This document shows positions 12,501 to 24,200 of a stretch of DNA of 64,000 bases, piece by piece; within the stretch, counting starts at the first letter, position 1; every line of letters starts with the position of its first letter. A model generated the notes under the pieces. That model saw nothing but the letters and a program-made list of their open reading frames with translations. It was not told the origin of the DNA and did no database searches. Source of the DNA: Antedon mediterranea. Lineage: Eukaryota > Animalia > Echinodermata. Made by a program: the position numbers and the translations under genes. The stretch lies in contig NC_092678.1 of NCBI RefSeq assembly GCF_964355755.1, forward strand, positions 10,476,352 through 10,540,351, in the 5' to 3' direction.

Positions 12501-12832
12501 AACGTTTTTAAAACGATATTAAGCTATTTTGTGCTCTTTGATGTTTTTGTATAACCAAGTTTCATCGAAATGCACAAAATGGTCTAAAACGTCTCCAAAT
12601 ACGATTTGAAGCTTTTCCAAGCACTTTGCTGTTTTTATGTTAACAAGTTTTTTCGAAAATCACAAAATTGTCTAAAACGTCTCAAAATGCGATTTGAAGG
12701 TATTCTGAGCACTTTGGTGTTTTTGTGTGAAAAGTTTTAACGAAAAGCTCAAAATGGTCTAAAACGGTTCTAATGTGATTTTAAGCACTTTGATGTTTTT
12801 GTACAACCAAGTTTCATCGAAATGCTCAAAAT
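11451..12832. repeat. Two tandem copies of the 8-monomer unit L-D-D-T-U-L-G-S (~691 bp)
   Basis: Monomer starts 11451 L, 11539 D, 11627 D, 11715 T, 11803 U, 11890 L, 11978 G, 12065 S; the same order restarts at 12143. Also at ~43524-44860 and ~54060-55390. Confidence 0.8.
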
Positions 12833-15211
12833 GGTCTAAAACGTTTTTAAAACGATATTAAGCTATTTTGTGCTCTTTGATGTTTTTGTGTAACCAAGTT
12901 TTTTTCGAAAATCACAAAATGGTCTAAAACGTCTCCAAATGCGATTTGAAGCTTTTCTAAGCACTTTGGTGTTTTTATGTTAACAAGTTTTTTCGAAAAT
13001 CGCAAAATGGTCTAAAACGTCTCAAAATGCGATTTGAAGGTATTCTGAGCACTTTGGTGTTTTTGTGTGAAAAGTTTTAACGAAATGCTCAAAATGGTCT
13101 AAAACGGTTTCTAATGTGATTTTAACCACTTTGATGTTTTTGTGTAACCAAGTTCTTTTCGAAAATCACAAAATGGTCTAAAACGTCTCCAAATGCGATT
13201 TGAAGCTTTTCTAAGCACTTTGGTGTTTTTATGTTAACAAGTTTTTTCGAAAATCACAAAATGGTCTAAAACGTCTCAAAATGCGATTTGAAGGTATTCT
13301 GAGCACTTTGGTGTTTTTGTGTGAAAAGTTTTAACGAAATGCTCAAAATGGTCTAAAACGGTTTCTAATGTGATTTTAACCACTTTGATGTTTTTGTGTA
13401 ACCAAGTTTTTTCGAAAATCACAAAATGGTCTAAAACGTCTCCAAATGCGATTTGAAGCTTTTCTAAGCACTTTGGTGTTTTTATGTTAACAAGTTTTTT
13501 CGAAAATCACAAAATGGTCTAAAACGTCTCCAAATGCGATTTGAAGCTATTCTGTACACTTTGATGTTTTGTGTGAAAAAAGTTTTGTCAAAATGCTCAA
13601 AATGGTCTAAAACGTTTTTAAAACGATATTAAGCTATTTTGTGCTCTTTGATGTTTTTGTATAACCAAGTTTTTTCGAAAATCACAAAATTGTCTAAAAC
13701 GTCTCCAAATGCGATTTGAAGATATTCTGAGCACTTTGGTGTTTTTATGTTAAAAAGTTTTTTCGAAAATCACAAAATGGTCTAAAACGTCTCCAAATGC
13801 GATTTGAAGATATTCTGAGCACTTTGGTGTTTTGTGTGAAAAGTTTTGTCGAAATGCTCAAAATGGTCTAAAACGTTTTTAAAACGATATTAAGCTATTT
13901 TGTGCTCTTTGATGTTTTTGTGTAACCAAGTTTCATCGAAATGAACAAAATGGTCTAAAACGTCTCCAAATGCGATTTGAAGCTTTTCTAAGCACTTTGG
14001 TGTTTTTATGTTAACAAGTTTTTTCGAAAATCACAAAATGGTCTAAAACGTCTCCAAATGCGATTTGAAGATATTCTGAGCACTTTGCTGTTTTTATGTT
14101 AACAAGTTTTTTCGAAAATCACAAAATGGTCTAAAACGTCTCAAAATGCTATTTGAAGGTATTCTGAGCACTTTGGTGTTTTTGTGTGAAAAGTTTTAAC
14201 GAAATGGTCTAAAACGGTTCTAATGTGATTTTAAGCACTTTGATGTTTTTGTATAACCAAGTTTCATCGAAATGCTCAAAATGGTCTAAAACGTTTTTAA
14301 AACGATATTAAGCTATTTTGTGCTCTTTGATGTTTTTGTGTAACGAAGTTTCATCGAAATGAACAAAATGGTCTAAAACGTCTCCAAATGCGATTTGAAG
14401 CTTTTCCAAGCACTTTGCTGTTTTTATGTTAACAAGTTTTTTCGAAAATCACAAAATGGCCTAAAACGTCTCAAAATGCGATTTCAAGGTATTCTGAGCA
14501 CTTTGGTGTTTTTGTGTGAAAGGTTTTAACGAAATGCTCAAAATGGTCTAAAACGGTTTCTAATGTGATTTTAAGCACTTTGATGTTTTTGTATAACCAA
14601 GTTTCATCGAAATGCACAAAATGGTCTAAAACGTCTCCAAATGCGATTTGAAGCTTTTCTAAGCACTTTGCTGTTTTTATGTTAAAAAGTTTTTTCGAAA
14701 ATCACAAAATGGTCTAAAACGTCTCCAAATGCGATTTGAAGATATTCTGAGCACTTTGGTGTTTTTATGTTAAAAAGTTTTTTCGAAAATCACAAAATGG
14801 TCTAAAACGTCTCCAAATGCGATTTGAAGATATTCTGAGCACTTTGGTGTTTTTATGTTAAAAAGTTTTTTCGAAAATCACAAAATGGTCTAAAACGTCT
14901 CCAAATGCGATTTGAAGCTATTCTGTACACTTTGATGTTTTGTGTGAAAAAGTTTTGTCGAAATGCTCAAAATGGTCTAAAACGTTTTTAAAACGATATT
15001 AAGCTATTTTGTGCTCTTTGATGTTTTTGTGTAACCAAGTTTTATCGAAATGAACAAAATGGTCTAAAACGTCTCCAAATGCGATTTGAAGCTTTTCTAA
15101 GCACTTTGCTGTTTTTATGTTAACAAGTTTTTTCGAAAATCACAAAATGGTCTAAAACGTCTCCAAATGCGATTTGAAGCTTTTCTAAGCACTTTGGTGT
15201 TTTTATGTTAA

Positions 15212-18200
15212 CAAGTTTTTTCGAAAATCACAAAATGGTCTAAAACGTCTCCAAATGCGATTTGAAGATATTCTGAGCACTTTGGTGTTTTTATGTTAAA
15301 AAGTATTTTCGAAAATCACAAAATGGTCTAAAACGTCTCCAAATGCGATTTGAAGCTCTTCTGTACACTTTGATGTTTTGTGTGAAAAAGTTTAGTCGAA
15401 ATGCTCAAAATGGTCTAAAACGTTTTTAAAACGATATTAAGCTATTTTGTGCTCTTTGATGTTTTTGTGTAACCAAGTTTCATCGAAAATCACAAAATGG
15501 TCTAAAACGTCTCCAAATGCGATTTGAAGCTTTTCCAAGCACTTTGCTGTTTTTATGTTAACAAGTTTTTTCGAAAATCACAAAATGGTCTAAAACGTCT
15601 CAAAATGCGATTTGAAGGTATTCTGAGCACTTTGGTGTTTTTGTGTGAAAAGTTTTAACGAAATGCTCAAAATTGTCTAAAACGGTTTCTAATGTGATTT
15701 TAAGCACTTTGATGTTTTTGTAAAACCAAGTTTCATCGAAATGAACAAAATGGTCTAAAATGTCTCCAAATGCGATTTGAAGCTTTTCCAAGCACTTTGC
15801 TGTTTTTATGTTAACAAGCTTTTTCGAAAATCACAAAATGGTCTAAAACGTCTCCAAATGCGATTTGAAGATATTCTGAGCACTTTGGTGTTTTTATGTT
15901 AAAAAGTTTTTTCGAAAATCACAAAATGGTCTAAAACGTCTCCAAATGCGATTTGAAGATATTCTAAGCACTTTGGTGTTTTTATGTTAACAAGTTTTTT
16001 CGAAAATCACAAAATGGTCTAAAACGTCTCCAAATGCGATTTGAAGATATTCTGAGCACTTTGGTGTTTTTCTGTTAAAAAGTATTTTCGAAAATCACAA
16101 AATGGTCTAAAACGTCTCCAAATGCAATTTGAAGCTATTCTGTACACTTTGATGTTTTGTGTCAAAAAGTTTTGTCAAAAGGCTCAAAATGGTCTAAAAC
16201 GTTTTTAAAACGATATTAAGCTATTTTGTGCTCTTTGATGTTTTTGTATAACCAAGTTTTTTCGAAAATCACAAAATGGTCTAAAACGTCTCCAAATGCG
16301 ATTTGAAGCTTTTCTAAACACTTTGGTGTTTTTATGTTAACAAGTTTTTTCGAAAATCACAAAATGGTCTAAAACGTCTCCAAATCCGATTTGAAGCTAT
16401 TCTGTACACTTTGATGTTTTGTGTGAAAAAGTTTTGTCGAAATGCTCAAAATGGTCTAAAACGTTTTTAAAACGATATTAAGCTATTTTGTGCTCTTTGA
16501 TGTTTTTGTGTAACCAAGTTTCATCGATATGAACAAAATGGTCTAAAACGTCTCAAAATGCGATTTGAAGGTATTCTGAGCACTTTGGTGTTTTTGGGTG
16601 AAAAGTTTTAACGAAATGCTCAAAATGGTCTAAAACGGTTTCTAATGTGATTTTAAGCACTTTGAAGTATTTGTAAAAACAAGTTTCATCGAAATGCACA
16701 AAATAGTCTAAAACGTCTCCAAATGCGATTTGAAGCTTTTCTAAGCACTTTGGTGTTTTTATGTTAACAAGTTTTTTCGAAAATCACAAAATGGTCTAAA
16801 ACGTCTCCAAATGCGATTTGAAGATATTCTGAGCACTTTGGTGTTTTTATGTTAAAAAGTATTTTCGAAAATCACAAAATGGTCTAAAACGTCTCCAAAT
16901 GCGATTTGAAGCTCTTCTGTACACTTTGATGTTTTGTGTGAAAAAGTTTAGTCGAAATGCTCAAAATGGTCTAAAACGTTTTTAAAACGATATTAAGCTA
17001 TTTTGTGCTCTTTGATGTTTTTGTGTAACCAAGTTTCATCGAAAATCACAAAATGGTCTAAAACGTCTCCAAATGCGATTTGAAGATATTCTGAGCACTT
17101 TGGTGTTTTTATGTTAACAAGTTTTTTCGAAAATCACAAAATGGTCTAAAACGTCTCCAAATGCGATTTGAAGATATTCTGAGCACTTTGGTGTTTTTAT
17201 GTTAAAAAGTTTTTTCGAAAATCACAAAATGGTCTAAAACGTCTCCAAATGCGATTTGAAGCTATTCTATACACTTTGATGTTTTGTGTTAAAAAGTTTT
17301 GTCGAAATGCTCAAAATGGTTTAAAACGTTTTTAAAACGATATTAAGCTATTTTGTGCTCTTTGATGTTTTTGTGTAACCAAGTTTCATCGAAATGAACA
17401 AAATGGTCTAAAACGTCTCCAAATGCGATTTGAAGCTTTTCCAAGCACTTTGCTGTTTTTATGTTAACAAGTTTTTTCGAAAATCACAAAATTGTCTAAA
17501 ACGTCTCAAAATGCGATTTGAAGGTATTTTGAGCACTTTGGTGTTTTTGTGTGAAAAGTTTTAACGAAAAGCTCAAAATGGTCTAAAACGGTTCTAATGT
17601 GATTTTAAGCACTTTGATGTTTTTGTACAACCAAGTTTCATCGAAATGCTCAAAATGGTCTAAAACGTTTTTAAAACGATATTAAGCTATTTTGTGCTCT
17701 TTGATGTTTTTGTGTAACCAAGTTTTTTCGAAAATCACAAAATGGTCTAAAACGTCTCCAAATGCGATTTGAAGCTTTTCTAAGCACTTTGGTGTTTTTA
17801 TGTTAACAAGTTTTTTCGAAAATCACAAAATGGTCTAAAACGTCTCCAAATGCGATTTGAAGATATTCTGAGCACTTTGGTGTTTTTCTGTTAAAAAGTA
17901 TTTTCGAAAATCACAAAATGGTCTAAAACGTCTCCAAATGCAATTTGAAGCTATTCTGTACACTTTGATGTTTTGTGTGAAAAAGTTTTGTCAAAATGCT
18001 CAAAATGGTCTAAAACGTTTTTAAAACGATATTAAGCTATTTTGTGCTCTTTGATGTTTTTGTATAACCAAGTTTTTTCGAAAATCACAAAATGGTCTAA
18101 AACGTCTCCAAATGCGATTTGAAGCTTTTCTAAACACTTTGGTGTTTTTATGTTAACAAGTTTTTTCGAAAATCACAAAATGGTCTAAAACGTCTCCAAA

Positions 18201-21200
18201 TCCGATTTGAAGCTATTCTGTACACTTTGATGTTTTGTGTGAAAAAGTTTTGTCGAAATGCTCAAAATGGTCTAAAACGTTTTTAAAACGATATTAAGCT
18301 ATTTTGTGCTCTTTGATGTTTTTGTGTAACCAAGTTTCATCGATATGAACAAAATGGTCTAAAACGTCTCAAAATGCGATTTGAAGGTATTCTGAGCACT
18401 TTGGTGTTTTTGGGTGAAAAGTTTTAACGAAATGCTCAAAATGGTCTAAAACGGTTTCTAATGTGATTTTAAGCACTTTGAAGTATTTGTAAAAACAAGT
18501 TTCATCGAAATGCACAAAATAGTCTAAAACGTCTCCAAATGCGATTTGAAGCTTTTCTAAGCACTTTGGTGTTTTTATGTTAACAAGTTTTTTCGAAAAT
18601 CACAAAATGGTCTAAAACGTCTCCAAATGCGATTTGAAGATATTCTGAGCACTTTGGTGTTTTTATGTTAAAAAGTATTTTCGAAAATCACAAAATGGTC
18701 TAAAACGTCTCCAAATGCGATTTGAAGCTCTTCTGTACACTTTGATGTTTTTTGTGAAAAAGTTTAGTCGAAATGCTCAAAATGGTCTATAACGTTTTTA
18801 AAACGATATTAAGCTATTTTGTGCTCTTTGATGTTTTTGTGTAACCAAGTTTCATCGAAAATCACAAAATGGTCTAAAACGTCTCCAAATGCGATTTGAA
18901 GATATTCTGAGCACTTTGGTGTTTTTATGTTAACAAGTTTTTTCGAAAATCACAAAATGGTCTAAAACGTCTCCAAATGCGATTTGAAGATATTCTGAGC
19001 ACTTTGGTGTTTTTATGTTAAAAAGTTTTTTCGAAAATCACAAAATGGTCTAAAACGTCTCCAAATGCGATTTGAAGCTATTCTATACACTTTGATGTTT
19101 TGTGTTAAAAAGTTTTGTCGAAATGCTCAAAATGGTTTAAAACGTTTTTAAAACGATATTAAGCTATTTTGTGCTCTTTGATGTTTTTGTGTAACCAAGT
19201 TTCATCGAAATGAACAAAATGGTCTAAAACGTCTCCAAATGCGATTTGAAGCTTTTCCAAGCACTTTGCTGTTTTTATGTTAACAAGTTTTTTCGAAAAT
19301 CACAAAATTGTCTAAAACGTCTCAAAATGCGATTTGAAGGTATTCTGAGCACTTTGTTGTTTTTGTGTGAAAAGTTTTAACGAAAAGCTCAAAATGGTCT
19401 AAAACGGTTCTAATGTGATTTTAAGCACTTTGATGTTTTTGTACAACCAAGTTTCATCGAAATGCTCAAAATGGTCTAAAACGTTTTTAAAACGATATTA
19501 AGCTATTTTGTGCTCTTTGATGTTTTTGTGTAACCAAGTTTTTTCGAAAATCACAAAATGGTCTAAAACGTCTCCAAATGCGATTTGAAGCTTTTCTAAG
19601 CACTTTGGTGTTTTTATGTTAACAAGTTTTTTCGAAAATCACAAAATGGTCTAAAACGTCTCCAAATGCGATTTGAAGATATTCTGAGCACTTTGGTGTT
19701 TTTCTGTTAAAAAGTATTTTCGAAAATCACAAAATGGTCTAAAACGTCTCCAAATGCAATTTGAAGCTATTCTGTACACTTTGATGTTTTGTGTGAAAAA
19801 GTTTTGTCAAAATGCTCAAAATGGTCTAAAACGTTTTTAAAACGATATTAAGCTATTTTGTGCTCTTTGATGTTTTTGTATAACCAAGTTTTTTCGAAAA
19901 TCACAAAATGGTCTAAAACGTCTCCAAATGCGATTTGAAGCTTTTCTAAACACTTTGGTGTTTTTATGTTAACAAGTTTTTTCGAAAATCACAAAATGGT
20001 CTAAAACGTCTCCAAATCCGATTTGAAGCTATTCTGTACACTTTGATGTTTTGTGTGAAAAAGTTTTGTCGAAATGCTCAAAATGGTCTAAAACGTTTTT
20101 AAAACGATATTAAGCTATTTTGTGCTCTTTGATGTTTTTGTGTAACCAAGTTTCATCGATATGAACAAAATGGTCTAAAACGTCTCAAAATGCGATTTGA
20201 AGGTATTCTGAGCACTTTGGTGTTTTTGGGTGAAAAGTTTTAACGAAATGCTCAAAATGGTCTAAAACGGTTTCTAATGTGATTTTAAGCACTTTGAAGT
20301 ATTTGTAAAAACAAGTTTCATCGAAATGCACAAAATAGTCTAAAACGTCTCCAAATGCGATTTGAAGCTTTTCTAAGCACTTTGGTGTTTTTATGTTAAC
20401 AAGTTTTTTCGAAAATCACAAAATGGTCTAAAACGTCTCCAAATAAGATTTGAAGATATTCTGAGCACTTTGGTGTTTTTATGTTAAAAAGTATTTTCGA
20501 AAATCACAAAATGGTCTAAAACGTCTCCAAATGCGATTTGAAGCTCTTCTGTACACTTTGATGTTTTGTGTGAAAAAGTTTAGTCGAAATGCTCAAAATG
20601 GTCTAAAACGTTTTTAAAACGATATTAAGCTATTTTGTGCTCTTTGATGTTTTTGTGTAACCAAGTTTCATCGAAAATCACAAAATGGTCTAAAACGTCT
20701 CCAAATGCGATTTGAAGCTTTTCCAAGCACTTTGCTGTTTTTATGTTAACAAGTTTTTTCGAAAATCACAAAATGGTCTAAAACGTCTCAAAATACGATA
20801 TTAAGCTGTTTTGTGCACTTTGATGATTTGTGTGAAAAGTTTTAACGAAATGCTCAAAATGGTCTAAAACGGTTTCTAATGTGATTTTAAGCACTTTGAT
20901 GTTTTTATGTAGCCAAGTTTTTTCGAAAATCACAAAATGGTCAAAAACGTCTCCAAATGCGATTTGAAGCTTTTCTAAGCACTTTGGTGTTTTTATGTTA
21001 ACAAGTTTTTTCGAAAATCACAAAATGGTCTAAAACGTCTTCAAATGCGATTTGAAGATATTCTGAGCACTTTGGTGTTTTTCTGTTAAAAAGTATTTTC
21101 GAAAATCACAAAATGGTCTATAACGTCTCCAAATGCGATTTGAAGCTATTCTGTACACTTTGATGTTTTGTGTGAAAAAGTTTTGTCAAAATGCTCAAAA

Positions 21201-24200
21201 TGGTCTAAAACGTTTTTAAAACGATATTAAGCTATTTTGTGCTCTTTGATGTGTTTGTATAACCAAGTTTTTTTCGAAAATCACAAAATGGTCTAAAACG
21301 TCTCCAAATGCGATTTAAAGCTATTCTAGACACTTTGATGTTTTGTGTGAAAAATTTTCTCGAAATGCTCAAAATGGTCTAAAACGTTTTCCAATACCAT
21401 TATTAAGCTATTTTGTGCAATTTGATGTTTTTGTGTAACCAAGTTTTTTGAAATGCGATTTGAAGATATTCTGAGGACTTTGGTGTTTTTATGTTAAAAA
21501 GTTTTTTCGAAAATCACAAAATGGTCTAAAACGTCTCCAAATGCGATTTGAAGATATTCTGAGCACTTTGGTGTTTTTATGTTAAAAAGTTTTTTGGAAA
21601 ATCACAAAATGGTCTAAAACGACTCCAAATGCGATTTGAAGCTATCCTGTACACTTTGATGTTTTGTGTGAAAAAGTTTTGTCGAAATGCTCAAAATGAT
21701 CTAAAACGTTTTTAAAACGATATTAAGCTATTTTGTGCTCTTTGATGTTTTTGTGTATCCAAGTTTCATCGAAATGAACAAAATGGTCTAAAACGTTTTT
21801 AAATACCATATTAAGCTGTTTTGTGCACTTTGATGATTTGTGTGAAAAGTTTTAACGAAATGCTCAAAATAGTCTAAAACGGTTTCTAATGTGATTTTAA
21901 GCACTTTGATGTTTTTGTGTAACCAAGTTTTATCGAAATGAACAAAATGGTCTAAAACGTCTCCAAATGCGATTTGAAGCTTTTCCAAGCACTTTGCTGT
22001 TTTTATATTAAGTTTTTTCGAAAATCACAAAATGGTCTAAAACGTCTCTAAATGCGATTTGAAGGTATTCTGAGCAATTTGGTGTTTTTGTGTGAAAAGT
22101 TTTAACGAAATGCTCAAAATTGTCTAAAACGGTTTCTAATGTGATTTTAAGCACTTTGATGTTTTTGTAAAACCAAGTTTCATCGAAATGCACAAAATGG
22201 TCTAAAACGTCTCCAAATGCGATTTGAAGCTATTCTGTACACTTTGATGTTTTGTGTGAAAAAAGTTTTTTTTCGAAATGCTCAAAATGGTCTAAAACGT
22301 TTTTAAAACGATATTAAGCTATTTTGTGCTCTTTGATGTTTTTGTGTAACCAAGTTTTATCGAAATGAACAAAATGTTCTAAAACGTCTCCAAATGCGAT
22401 TTGAAGCTTTTCCAAGCACTTTGCTGTTTTTATGTTAAGTTTTTTCGAAAATCACAAAATGGTCTAAAACGTCTCTAAATGCGATTTGAAGGTATTCTGA
22501 GCACTTTGGTGTTTTTGTGTGAAAAGTTTTAACGAAATGCTCAAAATTGTCTAAAACGGTTTCTAATGTGATTTTAAGCACTTTGATGTTTTTGTAAAAC
22601 CAAGTTTCATCGAAATGCACAAAATGGTCTAAAACGTCTCCAAATGTGATTTGAAGCTTTTCCAAGCACTTTGCTGTTTTTATGTTAACAAGCTTTTTCG
22701 AAAATCACAAAATGGTCTAAAACGTCTCCAAATGCGATTTGAAGATATTCTGAGCACTTTGGTGTTTTTATGTTAAAAAGTTTTTTCGAAAATCACAAAA
22801 TGGTCTAAAACGTCTCCAAATTCGATTTGAAGCTCTTCTGTACACTTTGATGTTTTGTGTGAAAAAGTTTTGTCAAAATGCTCAAAATGGTCTAAAACGT
22901 TTTTAAAACGATATTAAGCTATTTTGTGCTCTTTGATGTTTTTGTATAACCAAGTTTTTTCGAAAATCACAAAATTGTCTAAAACGTCTCCAAATGCGAT
23001 TTGAAGATATTCTGAGCACTTTGGTGTTTTTATGTTAAAAAGTTTTTTCGAAAATCACAAAATGGTCTAAAACGTCTCCAAATGCGATTTGAAAAAATTC
23101 TGAGCACTTTGGTGTTTTTATGTTAAAAAGTTTTTTCGAAAATCACAAAATGGTCTAAAACGTCTCCAAATGCGATTTGAAGCTCTTCTGTACACTTTGA
23201 TGTTTTGTGTGAAAAAGTTTTGTCAAAATGCTCAAAATGGTCTAAAACGTTTTTAAAACGATATTAAGCTATTTTGTGCTCTTTGATGTTTTTGTATAAC
23301 CAAGTTTTTTCGAAAATCACAAAATTGTCTAAAACGTCTCCAAATGCGATTTGAAGATATTCTGAGCACTTTGGTGTTTTTATGTTAAAAAGTTTTTTCG
23401 AAAATCACAAAATGGTCTAAAACGTCTCCAAATGCGATTTGAAGCTATTCTGAGCACTTTGGTGTTTTTCTGTTAAAAAGTATTTTCGAAAATCACAAAA
23501 TGGTCTAAAACGTCTCCAAATGCAATTTGAAGCTATTCTGTACACTTTGATGTTTTGTGTGAAAAAGTTTTGTCAAAATGCTCAAAATGGTCTAAAACGT
23601 TTTTAAAACGATATTAAGCTATTTTGTGCTCTTTGATGTTTTTGTATAACCAAGTTTTTTCGAAAATCACAAAATGGTCTAAAACGTCTCCAAATGCGAT
23701 TTGAAGCTTTTCTAAACACTTTGGTGTTTTTATGTCAACAAGTTTTTTCGAAAATCACAAAATGGTCTAAAACGTCTCCAAATCCGATTTGAAGCTATTC
23801 TGTACACTTTGATGTTTTGTGTGAAAAAGTTTTGTCGAAATGCTCAAAATGGTCTAAAACGTTTTTAAAACGATATTAAGCTATTTTGTGCTCTTTGATG
23901 TTTTTGTGTAACCAAGTTTCATCGATATGAACAAAATGGTCTAAAACGTCTCAAAATGCGATTTGAAGGTATTCTGAGCACTTTGGTGTTTTTGGGTGAA
24001 AAGTTTTAACGAAATGCTCAAAATGGTCTAAAACGGTTTCTAATGTGATTTTAAGCACTTTGAAGTATTTGTAAAAACAAGTTTCATCGAAATGCACAAA
24101 ATGGTCTAAAACGTCTCCAAATGCGATTTGAAGCTTTTCTAAGCACTTTGGTGTTTTTATGTTAACAAGTTTTTTCGAAAATCACAAAATGGTCTAAAAC

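Noticed and set aside
22255-22280. Homopolymer length variants (A5/A6, T6/T7/T8)
   Set aside because: These reflect ordinary slippage or sequencing error; they are informative only as markers where shared between duplicated copies.
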